This document shows, piece by piece, positions 25,604-35,800 of a stretch of DNA of 59,888 nucleotides. Where the stretch lies: IMG/VR virus record IMGVR_UViG_3300025132_004452, positions 1 through 59,888 of that record; one strand, written 5' to 3'. The stretch is from a virus. Lineage: Duplodnaviria > Caudoviricetes. The position numbers and the translations under genes are program-made. Within the stretch, counting starts at the first letter, position 1. Every line of letters begins with the position of its first letter. Under the pieces are notes generated by a model. It was not told the DNA's origin and did no database searches. It saw only the letters and a list, made by a program, of their open reading frames with translations.

Positions 25604-25828
25604 ATGAAAGAAAGTACTTTGCTAGAAATGCAAAATAAAATTAACGCTATGACAAGAGTGTTACAGCAATTAATAAATGAAAATACGCAGTTAAGAGATT
25701 TATCTGTTGGATCTTTAGAGATAATAAAACTTTTGCCTGGATATGATGAAGCATTAGAATCTTTAAAAGATAGTGTAACTAAAAAAGAGAAAGAGAAAGA
25801 TGGAGATATCAAATCAGATACTAAGTGA
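25604..25828 (+). CDS. Coiled-coil hypothetical protein
   Basis: ORF track. Confidence 0.65.
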   Translation: MKESTLLEMQNKINAMTRVLQQLINENTQLRDLSVGSLEIIKLLPGYDEALESLKDSVTKKEKEKDGDIKSDTK

Positions 25829-27662
25829 GATAACAGTATACATGAAGTATGCTAAATATATACCAGAATTAAACCGAAGAGAAAGTTGGCATGAGCTTGT
25901 AACTAGAAACAAGGAAATGCATCAAAAAAAATATCCAGAATTAAAAGATGAAATTGAAAAAGTATATATCGATGTCTACAATAAAAAAGTTTTACCATCT
26001 ATGCGGTCGCTTCAATTCGGAGGTAAGCCGATTGAAATATCACCTAACCGTGTCTATAACTGCGCTTATTTACCTATTGATCATGTTGATTCTTTTAATG
26101 AAGTAATGTTTTTACTACTTGGTGGAACAGGCGTAGGTTACTCAGTACAGCAGCACCACGTTGCTAAACTACCTCCAGTTAATAAACCTTATAGTAAAAG
26201 AACTAGAAGATTTTTAATAGGTGACTCAATAGAAGGTTGGGCTGACGCTATTAAAGTATTAATGAAATCATATCTTGGTGACAAAAGAAGTTCACGTATA
26301 GAGTTTGATTACTCTGATATACGCCCTAAAGGTGCGATGTTAGTAACGTCTGGTGGTAAAGCACCTGGACCTCAACCACTTAAAGAATGTATAGTAAAGA
26401 TAACAGGAGTCTTAGACTCAAAGGAGGATGGAGATACGATCTCCACTATAGAAGTACACGATATAGTTTGCCATATTGCAGACGCCGTTTTAGCTGGTGG
26501 GATTCGACGAGCAGCATTGATCAGTCTGTTTTCAGCAGACGACGATCAAATGATAAGTTGTAAGTCAGGTGACTGGTGGGAAACTAATCCACAACGTGGT
26601 CGTGCTAATAACTCTGCTGTTTTAATGAGACATAAAATAACTAAACAATTTTTTATGGATTTATGGAAACGTGTAGAACTTAGTAATGCTGGTGAACCTG
26701 GTATATATTTTAACAATGATAAAGACTGGGGTACAAACCCTTGTTGTGAAATAGCTTTACGTCCATATCAGTTTTGTAACCTGTGTGAAGTAAATGCTAG
26801 TGATATAGAATCACAAGAAGATTTAAACGATAGAGTGAAATCAGCTGCGTTTATAGGAACATTACAAGCAGGTTATACTGACTTTCATTATTTAAGAGAT
26901 GTATGGAGAGAAACAACAGAAAAAGACGCTCTGATAGGGGTTTCAATGACTGGAATAGGGAGTGGAACAGTCCTAGGATACGACATGACGAAAGCCGCTC
27001 AATTAGTAAAAAGAGAAAACACGAGAATAGCAAAGGCAATTGGAATTAATCCAGCTGCACGATGTACAACTGTAAAGCCTGCTGGGACAACATCTCTGGC
27101 ATTAGGAACCTCATCTGGTATTCATGCATGGCATAATGATTATTATGTACGTAGAGTAAGAGTTGGTAAAAATGAAAGTATATATAAATACTTAGTTGAA
27201 AACCATCCTGAATTAATAGAAGATGAGTTTTTTAGACCTCATGACACCGCTGTAATTAGTATACCACAAAAAGCTCCAACTGGCGCGATACTTAGAACTG
27301 AATCACCATTTCAATTACTTGAACGTATAAAAAAAGTAGCTACAGAGTGGGTTCAGCCTGGTCATAGAAAAGGATCTAACACTCATAACGTTTCTGCTAC
27401 AGTTAGTTTAAAAACTGAAGAGTGGGAAGATGCAGGAGAATGGATGTGGGAAAACAGAAAACATTACAACGGGTTATCTGTACTACCTTATGATGGTGGA
27501 TCATATACTCAAGCTCCTTTCGAGGATATTGACGAAGGAACTTATATAAATAAGTTACAGCACTTAACTAACATAAATTTATTAAATGTTATCGAAACTG
27601 AAGACAACACTGATCTTAGTGGTGAGCTTGCTTGTGCTGGTGGTGCTTGCGAAATTACTTAA
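25800..27662 (+). CDS. nrdJ: Class II (adenosylcobalamin-dependent) ribonucleotide reductase
   Basis: YNC, GGTGVG, GGIRRAA, TNPCCEI, TVKPAGT, C-terminal CAGGAC; no beta subunit seen. Confidence 0.92.
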   Translation: MEISNQILSEITVYMKYAKYIPELNRRESWHELVTRNKEMHQKKYPELKDEIEKVYIDVYNKKVLPSMRSLQFGGKPIEISPNRVYNCAYLPIDHVDSFNEVMFLLLGGTGVGYSVQQHHVAKLPPVNKPYSKRTRRFLIGDSIEGWADAIKVLMKSYLGDKRSSRIEFDYSDIRPKGAMLVTSGGKAPGPQPLKECIVKITGVLDSKEDGDTISTIEVHDIVCHIADAVLAGGIRRAALISLFSADDDQMISCKSGDWWETNPQRGRANNSAVLMRHKITKQFFMDLWKRVELSNAGEPGIYFNNDKDWGTNPCCEIALRPYQFCNLCEVNASDIESQEDLNDRVKSAAFIGTLQAGYTDFHYLRDVWRETTEKDALIGVSMTGIGSGTVLGYDMTKAAQLVKRENTRIAKAIGINPAARCTTVKPAGTTSLALGTSSGIHAWHNDYYVRRVRVGKNESIYKYLVENHPELIEDEFFRPHDTAVISIPQKAPTGAILRTESPFQLLERIKKVATEWVQPGHRKGSNTHNVSATVSLKTEEWEDAGEWMWENRKHYNGLSVLPYDGGSYTQAPFEDIDEGTYINKLQHLTNINLLNVIETEDNTDLSGELACAGGACEIT

Positions 27663-27679
27663 CTTTTAAAACTTACATT

Positions 27680-27718
27680 ATGTGCGAATTATGTCAAGGT
27701 CTTTGCGGAGGCTGCTAA
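27680..27718 (+). CDS. 12-aa Cys-rich micropeptide MCELCQGLCGGC
   Basis: ATG 27680 to TAA 27718, between the nrdJ stop and the terminator. Confidence 0.5.
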   Translation: MCELCQGLCGGC

Positions 27719-27722
27719 ATAA

Positions 27723-27757
27723 TAAAAGGGGAATCACAAATTGCGGTTCCCCTTTTT
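27723..27757. terminator. Bidirectional intrinsic terminator at arm convergence
   Basis: AAAAGGGGAATC...GGTTCCCCTTTTT. Confidence 0.85.
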
Positions 27758-27822
27758 ATCTTTTCTATATATTCTATAAAGAATATACGAATAACCAAAT
27801 GGTAGTATACCACTAGCAGTTG

Positions 27823-28995
27823 CTACCGATTTAAATAATAAGTCCATTGTAAGTCCATATTTGACCCTATGGTAGGGTTTGTTGTTATAGATGCAAAACT
27901 ACTAGCATCCTGTGTAAATGTACTTGTATTTGAACAGTCTTTAAACATATTAATTAAAGTCATGTTACAATTATGTTTAACTTCCCAGTTAATAAAACTT
28001 AAATCACCGTTAGTGTAACTTGTAGCATCTGCTATATTGTCTAACTCAACATCTTTTCCTAGTGCAAAACCTTGTACTAAAACGTTGCTACAAATTCCTG
28101 TAGCACCTTTTCTAAAATCAGCAACTTCACCATCAATACCTAAAGCGTTACAGTTTTCTGTAGCGCCAATAACTGTTATACTATCTAATGTAAAAGAACC
28201 AGTATTAGATCCTTCAGGACCATCTATTTCTAAAGCGTGATCTGAAACGTTTGTCAACACCACCATTGCGTTAGATATTGTTCCTGAGTACCCTTGGTCG
28301 ATATCTATACCATCATCTCCTTGTCCCCATACTAATAAGTTAGTAGCGTTAACTGTACCACCAAAAAATTCAATTCCATCATCTACATTGTCAACTACTT
28401 CTATATTATCTATAACAGTACCTCTACCTACAGCACCAAGCGTTAATCCATTAATTTCATTTCCTTCTCCTATTTCAGCTCCACCATGTCGTATAGATAC
28501 ATATTTAAATATACCTGAGTTATCATTATCGTTGTTACCTCCATACAAACCAATTTGATCACTAGCTGGTATACCATCTATTTGAAATTCAGTTACATTA
28601 CCTGTAAAAGATCCTGTTGCTTCACCTAATATTATAACTCCACCCCACATACCTCTTGTACCTACAGAAACTTCTGACATAGAAGTAAATATTATAGGTT
28701 CTTCTTTAGTTCCTAATGCCATTATTTTAGATCCTTTAGCTATAATTAAAGTTGAAGCACTACTACCTGTTCCAGGCGCAGCTTTAATTAAAGTTCCAGG
28801 TTCTATAGTAAGTGTAGCACCTTCCGAAACAGAAACTCTATTGTGTAACTCCCATATAGTATCTTTACTTAAAGTTTTATTACTTGTTATTCTTCCATGT
28901 AATTGATGAGGTTCATATGTTTTTAACTCTACCGGCTCTGGTTTATCGCAGCTAACTAGAAGCGATAATCCAATTAATAATTTTAATATTTTCAT
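27823..28995 (-). CDS. Bacteroidota-type surface lipoprotein with beta-helix fold (host-derived moron)
   Basis: Lipobox LLVS-C; WGGVIILG, YVSIRHGG, EINGLTLGAVG, DDGIEFFGG, DDGIDIDQG. Confidence 0.75.
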   Translation of the reverse strand: MKILKLLIGLSLLVSCDKPEPVELKTYEPHQLHGRITSNKTLSKDTIWELHNRVSVSEGATLTIEPGTLIKAAPGTGSSASTLIIAKGSKIMALGTKEEPIIFTSMSEVSVGTRGMWGGVIILGEATGSFTGNVTEFQIDGIPASDQIGLYGGNNDNDNSGIFKYVSIRHGGAEIGEGNEINGLTLGAVGRGTVIDNIEVVDNVDDGIEFFGGTVNATNLLVWGQGDDGIDIDQGYSGTISNAMVVLTNVSDHALEIDGPEGSNTGSFTLDSITVIGATENCNALGIDGEVADFRKGATGICSNVLVQGFALGKDVELDNIADATSYTNGDLSFINWEVKHNCNMTLINMFKDCSNTSTFTQDASSFASITTNPTIGSNMDLQWTYYLNR

Positions 28996-29055
28996 ACTAG
29001 CAGTATTACCTAGTACATAGTAAATCTCCTTAAGATAAAGTTAACTTTACACTAA

Positions 29056-29086
29056 TAAAAAAAGAGGGATCTTTCGATCCCCCTTG
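29056..29086 (-). terminator. Intrinsic terminator
   Basis: Minus strand GGGATC-GAAA-GATCCC-TCTTTTTTT. Confidence 0.8.
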
Positions 29087-29129
29087 GGTTACAGGAACTT
29101 TGGGTATGGTGCCCAGTTTTTTTTGTTCC

Positions 29130-29393
29130 TTATTTCTTTTCTTTATTATTATTGCAAAACTTTCTAGCAGCTTCAACACTTCCAAAACCCCATTTTTTTA
29201 AAGCTCTAGCTTTTCTAGTAGGTTCACCATTAGGTTTTTTCATAGGTCCTTTCATACCTGCAAACCTACAAGCAAAAGATACTCTACGCTTACCTTTACC
29301 ACTAGTTTGTCTTGATCCTAATGTTTTGCCAGTTTCTTTCTTATACTTAGACCGCATTTTACGGTTTGATTTTTCATAGCTAGCATCATCCAT
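29130..29393 (-). CDS. Small basic protein (RR.SF.CR..G...AL.KW type)
   Basis: RRVSFACRFAGMKG...KARALKKWG. Confidence 0.7.
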   Translation of the reverse strand: MDDASYEKSNRKMRSKYKKETGKTLGSRQTSGKGKRRVSFACRFAGMKGPMKKPNGEPTRKARALKKWGFGSVEAARKFCNNNKEKK

Positions 29394-29548
29394 TATTTCT
29401 TCTTTTTACCTATTTTAACACAGTTGTTTACCATTAAAGGATTACCATTTTTATCTTTCTTACCGCTTGGAGATGGTTTTTTACCATCAGCTCTATAACC
29501 TTTCCAGCAAGTATCAGCTTTTCTTTTTTTACCTCTTTTTGTTGCCAT
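29393..29548 (-). CDS. 51-aa basic protein with CWKGY...MVNNCVK motif
   Basis: MATKRGKKRKADTCWKGYRADGKK...LMVNNCVKIGKKKK. Confidence 0.65.
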   Translation of the reverse strand: MATKRGKKRKADTCWKGYRADGKKPSPSGKKDKNGNPLMVNNCVKIGKKKK

Positions 29549-29807
29549 CTCTATTTTGTTTAGTCATTTCTTTACACCATTCTCTAAGCTCTTGTATTTC
29601 ATCTTCAAGATCTTTTATATGGTTTGTTTGCCATTGTTGTTTTAAATCATATTCTATTCTATCTATAACAGCCTTAGGCATTTTTTTAGCTTCTTCTATA
29701 TCACTTTGTAGAGTGAAGTACATTCCCATGAATGACGATGTTACTACTATTATACTAACAATAGTTTTTAAATCTAATCTAAATTCGGTGCTTTCTCCTA
29801 TTTTCAT
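29529..29807 (-). CDS. TM plus coiled-coil protein
   Basis: N-terminal hydrophobic helix followed by a coiled coil. Confidence 0.65.
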   Translation of the reverse strand: MKIGESTEFRLDLKTIVSIIVVTSSFMGMYFTLQSDIEEAKKMPKAVIDRIEYDLKQQWQTNHIKDLEDEIQELREWCKEMTKQNRDGNKKR

Positions 29808-32800
29808 TTTTTCATTAGCTCTATAAGTTTTGCTACTCTATCTTTTTCGTATCTTAATGCACGAATCTGTTTCTTGCTTAAACCTAAACTATCTAAAATT
29901 TCAACTTGTCTAGGTTTTTTTAATTTTTTATACTTAGTAACTTCTTTTTGCTTGTTTTCTACATCTATGTCTTTTTGTGTTAATAGTTTTTTAGGCGAAT
30001 ATTGACCTTCATTATCTCTCTTAGCTTTCATTCTCTTTCTATAAGCTGACTTAGCTTCTTTTTGAGAATCTATATATTCTTTTCTTTCTTCAGTAGAATT
30101 AAGCTGATAATCTTTCCAACCTAATAAAAGAGATATTCTTTTCCAAGTTTGCTGTTCATCTTCTAAAGCACTTCTAACATTTTCTGATTTACTTATTAGT
30201 CTATCAACAGGAACGTTAGTCAGTCCTGATATAACATATGCAGCTGATTTATAAGCAGGATCATCTATACTCCATTTAGCTTCATCATGTTTATAACCTT
30301 CGTACTTCCAAGTTAAACCAGCTTGTCTAAGCTTACTTAGTTTTATATCTATAGGAGGAGAAAAGTTTAACATTTCATTTGCAGCGTCTTCGTAGTTAGG
30401 ACCTGGAAAAGTACCTTCTTTTTTAGACTCTTTGTATACTTTTCTACCAACTGATATTAATGTAGATAAAGCAACTCCATATATACCTGTACCATTTAAC
30501 ACCGTATTTAACATACCATTGGCTACATTTAAATATCTTTCGTTTTCACTTTCTTCTTCCTCTTCTTCATTAAAAGCTAATGCGAATAAACCTTGTTGTA
30601 AGGCTGAAAATATCATACTTTGTACAGCCATATAATAAGTAACTCTTGATATGTTACTCACATCACTTTGGAACTGTGTCATTCCTTTACGCTTTCTTCT
30701 GTTTATCAAATCTAAGAAAGATTTTTTACCTAACCTATTCATTTGCATAGGTGTATTTTGAAAAGCTAATATTAACCTACCTAAAGTACTCGCTTGTTGT
30801 TGTGACACTCTATCTGGACGAGATGATTGCTGTGACTCTTCTGCTATTTCTCTAAATTCTAAAAACGCTTGTTTTTTAGCATCAGCCTCACTCATACCTT
30901 CCTTCATTAAAGCATTTATTCTATTCCTATAAAATGTAGCACCACCTGATGCAATAGCAAAACTATCTGCAAATTGTGTTGGTAAGTAACCTTTAGAAAG
31001 TATATAAGCTATAGCTGCTTTAGCTTTATTTTTACTTGTAGCTGCAGCATCTGCTATTTCAGATTCACTCACGTTTAATTTTAACCCATTACGTCTTTCA
31101 ACCAAAAACTCAGAGTTCATTAACTCAGAAAAATCTTTCCAATATTGAGTTTGATTAGCAAAAGCTTTACCAGCATTATATATATTATTACTACCAAAGT
31201 CGATAAAGTTAACAGCTGATATAGTCTGAAGTAAAGCTGATCTCATGTTAAAAAACATAACTGTACCAACAGAATTATTAATATAATCTAACAATCTATT
31301 TTCTATTTTACCCATTTTGTTAGATCTGTTTCTACCAGACTTCATCCTAGAAATCATATCTTCCATAGCGTCTCTCCAGTTAGTACCAAAAGCAGCTTCC
31401 ATCTTGTTAAGATTTTTAGGTGAAAATATTAAATCAATATTATCTTGCCATTCTTGTAAGTACTTACTTCTTTTACCTGTTCTAAGACCGTCTAATAAAT
31501 CAGTTGATATAGTACCTGCTAACCAATTGGCTGTTGGCGCGGCGTAACCGTCACCTTTGTTTATGTCAATTAAGTTTTGAGCAAAAACATCTATAGCTTG
31601 GTTTTTCTTAGCAAAGGCTAACACTTGTTTTAAATCTGCTTTAGATATTCCTGGTATATCCATACCTTGTTTGTTCCACGCTAATATTCTAGCTACATCA
31701 GAGTGAGTGAATTCACCAAATGCTATTTTATTTAAGTTCTTAGGTATTAAACCCTCTTTAATTAGCTGCTCTTTTAAAACTTTAAAGTCATTGATCATTC
31801 TATTTTGATCACGAGATAAGTTTTCCATAGCTCTACCGTAAGGTTCAATTAAATGCTTATTGAAAAAGTCCATTTGCATGTTACCTATTTCACCTTTGCC
31901 TAACATAGAATATAATAAACCTACAAAATCCTCTGCAGAAGGTGGAATAAATAGTTTAAACTTACCTTTTTTTCTACCTACAAGTCTTGCTTTAACATCT
32001 GAATATTCTTTTTCAGATTTTATACCAGTTTTGTGTTCTATAATATCATTTACAGTTTGATCTACGGTTTTACTAAATTTAATTTTAGCTTGTTGCACTG
32101 CTGACTTAACATCTATAACACTTAAAGCATCTTTAACCGCTTGCACGTTTTGTATAGCATCATCTGCAAAATAAAAATCATTATAACCCTCAGCAGCTTT
32201 ATTAACTACCCAGTTAGCTTTAGCAGCACCTGTAGAGTTACCTAGACCAGTTATATTTTTTAAAGGTATATTAAGACCTAAACTATCTAAAAACTCTTTA
32301 ATTGCAGCTTGTGACTCAGGAGCTCTTGCTGTTAGCACAAAAACATCTTCTGTTCCTCTAGCTGCTTGTATTTTTTTAGCAACGTCTAATAATGGACCTG
32401 GCTTACCATCTCTAACTATATTGAAGTCACTAAAGTCAAACTCACCTCCTTCATTTAATATCTCTCCACCTCGTTCTGCAAATTCCTCAGCCGTTAATGT
32501 ACCTTTAGTTCCATCAGGCATAGTATAAAATACATTACTTTTTGTTCTTGCTAAAGTATCGTCAAAGTCGAACACTCTTATTTTTTTAACAGGAGCGTTA
32601 GGATCTCTAGCTATATCTAAAGCTTTATCCATCATATTAGCTTGCTCTATAGTCTGTTTATTAGTTTTAGTTTTAGAAAAAGGAGTAACACCACTATTTG
32701 ATTGAGATTTCTCATTAGCTTGAGTTGCTTCGTGTTGAGATTTTGCTAAAGCCAAGTGAGGTTTTAATATTTCATTTGCTATTTTAGAAGTAATTTGTCC

Positions 32801-35800
32801 ATCAAATATTTCAAATAATAATTGTTGTTGAATTTTTATAATACCAGGTGTTTGTAAATCTTTACTTACTTCTAAACCAAATTCTTTAGCTATTGAATTA
32901 CCATTAGACAATATAATAACATTAGGATTTATACCAGTGTGTTGATCACCATTTTCATCTATTCTAACTTGACTATTTACATTAGAGTTAAAATATCTTA
33001 TCCATACTGGTTTTAATCCTAACAATACGTCTGCTACATATTGAGAAGGAATATTTTTAATATAATCAAATTTAATTCCATCCGGTCCAACACCTTTTAA
33101 CATGCCGTCGTAAACTTTAGGTAAAGCTCCTTGAAAAAACGATTCTAAGGCTGGATCTATATATTGTTCTACATTATCTTGTGCCATTCTGTTTAATAAA
33201 AATTTCATTAAATCAGATGCAGGTTCTGTATGTTCTTCTACGTTTTTTAAATTAAGAGTATTTCCAAATTCTATAATTGAACCTGTTCTCCCAAAGTGAT
33301 TTTGAGAACCACTAGTAGAAGATAAAAGCCCTGCTACAACAGGTAAGAATTTAGCTTTATCAAACTGAACAGCGTCATTTAAAGACATGATTAATTCTTT
33401 AAAACCATCTCTTTTATTAATTTGCTCTTGCGTAAACTTAGGAGTACCTAACTCTCTTTGCATTTTAGCACTATAACCTTGTCTCTTAACAGCTTCTTTT
33501 ATATTTTTACTAGTTTCTACACCTTTGTCATCTATCTTAGTTTCTAAAGCAAAAGTATTTCCTCTTTTTTTAGCTTCTGCTATAGCGTTTTTTACTTGAA
33601 GAGCGTTAGCGAATAAAAACGTTCCTACAGGAGCGATTTTTAATTGAACTGATTTTTTAACAAAATCTTCATCTGAGTTTAATATTGTAGATCCATCAAT
33701 TAATTTATATTCTCTAAGGGTTTCTGTAGGTTTATTTAATAATCCATTTTTTTGTAAACGTTTTTTAACTTTAACACTTAGTGGAGTTCCAAGATTTACA
33801 TTATCTCCACCATTAGATAATGTTCCAGCCGTTAAAGCTGATTCAGGTAGGAAATTTATTAATGCACTGTTTTTATCAAAAAATATTTTATCTATAAGTT
33901 CTTTTTTACCCTCAGGAGTGTTTGCATCTATAGCGTCAAGATCATAGTTAGTTACTATTTCTTTAAAGTCCGCTTGCTCAGCTAGTAGTTGTGGACCAGG
34001 GTCGGCTTGAAACAAGTATGCTGTTTTAGCAATAGCTTTACTTTTAGCCTTTGGTAATTTAATTTTAATTTTACCACTATCTTCTACTATTCCCAATAAA
34101 GTGTTAGAATATAAGTTTAAGACTTCTTGTACGTTTTGATTTTTAGAAGATATATAACTTTTAATCAATTCACTTAAATCTTTTCCGTTTTCTATTTTAT
34201 TAATAATGTTTGAACCTTGTAAAAACTGTTCTAAGTTATTGATTTCATTTAAAACCTCGTACTGTTGTAGATTAGTTTTATTTGTTTTACTAAATTTAGA
34301 ACCAGGCACTCTATCAATATTCTTACCTACAACCGCTGTGTAATTCTCAGCTTGTCTTAATCCTTGTAACTCATAAATATCTTTAATTCTGTTTTGCACA
34401 GCTGGATCTTCTAAAACCTCCATAGTAGCGTCAAACGCTAACTCTTGAGCTATAGCACCTGCTAACGCATCTTTTCTAGTTCCTTTAGTCGATGCTCCTA
34501 CGTTTGAGCCTAGAAAATAATCCATAAACTCTGATCTCTTAACGTCTTTCTTTCTAAATAAAGGATTATTATCTGGTCTAGCTTGTTTACCTGTGGCTGG
34601 ATCAATTAATGGCTCTACAAACTGTCTAAATCGTTTGTTAGCGGTTGATTGTGATATAGCATTAAACACTGTTTGAAAGTTTTCACTTAAGAAAGTTTCA
34701 TAATTAGCTCTAGTACCTATAAACTTTTTTATCTCCTTAAACAATTCTTTGTCAAAAGCTTTTTTAAGATCTTCTCTAAACTTTTTATTGCTTACCTCAG
34801 GTAATTTAGTTCCAAGAACTTTACGCACAGAGTCTAAAACCTTATTATATATAGGTCCACCTTTCTCTATACCTAATTTAGTTCTCATGTTATCTATAGT
34901 ATCCTCTACTATATTAGCATCAATTCCAGCTTCGATATTAGTATCATCTGCAATAGTTTCTCCTATAGTTCTACCTTCTTCACCTAGCTTTTGATCTGTA
35001 GATACTTGTACGCCTGGTTTCTTAGCCTTTTCCCTCTTAGCTTTGTTAGTTACATCACCTACACGTCTGCCAATATAAGAGTTCATCCAAGCAAATAAAC
35101 TGTCATTTTTACTAGGGTCAAAACTCATTAAGTGATCAGCTAGCTTATCTCTAGTTTCTTGTATAATATTCTCTCTACTCTTGTCGTATATAGTTTGACC
35201 AGTAGCCATTTTATCTATAATGAGTCCATCAAACTTGCCTTGACTAATAGCTGTATACACTTTGCTAAATGCTCTATCTTTATCTTGAAGAAACTCGGCT
35301 TTAGTCATTTTATATTTGCCATCTGGACCTTTAGGACCTGGAGCTTCATTGGTTAAGTCTGTTAGCTCTGATCTTTCAGCTTTAGTTAAAGATAGTTTAC
35401 TTTTACTAACAGGTTTAGAATCTTTTTTAATTGTTTTCTTTTTACGAGATATTTCAGCAGTACCTTCAGCTATTGATTTAGTTAAACCACTTAGCTCACC
35501 TGTTTCAAAAGAATTATTATAACTAGTAATCATGTCAAATACATCTTTACCAGTTTTTATTTGTCCTGATCCATCATTAAATTTCTGAAACCTACCAAAC
35601 ATCTTATTGTACAAAGTTCTATCTGCTTCTAAATTATTCTGTCTCATAAAATCACTAAGCCTAGCTAAGCTTTCTTCAGCTACTAAAGTGGGGTTAGATA
35701 AATCACCTTTTGAGTCATACTCTCCATATAATTCTTTAGTTTCTAAAAAGTTTTGATATGCTTCTTTATAGTTTTTCTTAACATATGACTCAAGATCTTG

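Noticed and set aside
32540-32580. Virion RNA polymerase catalytic DxDxD/DFDGD motif in the giant protein
   Set aside because: The sequence is FDFDDTL, a HAD DxDxT motif with matching later motifs (T, K, DD); no double-psi-barrel motif was recognised.
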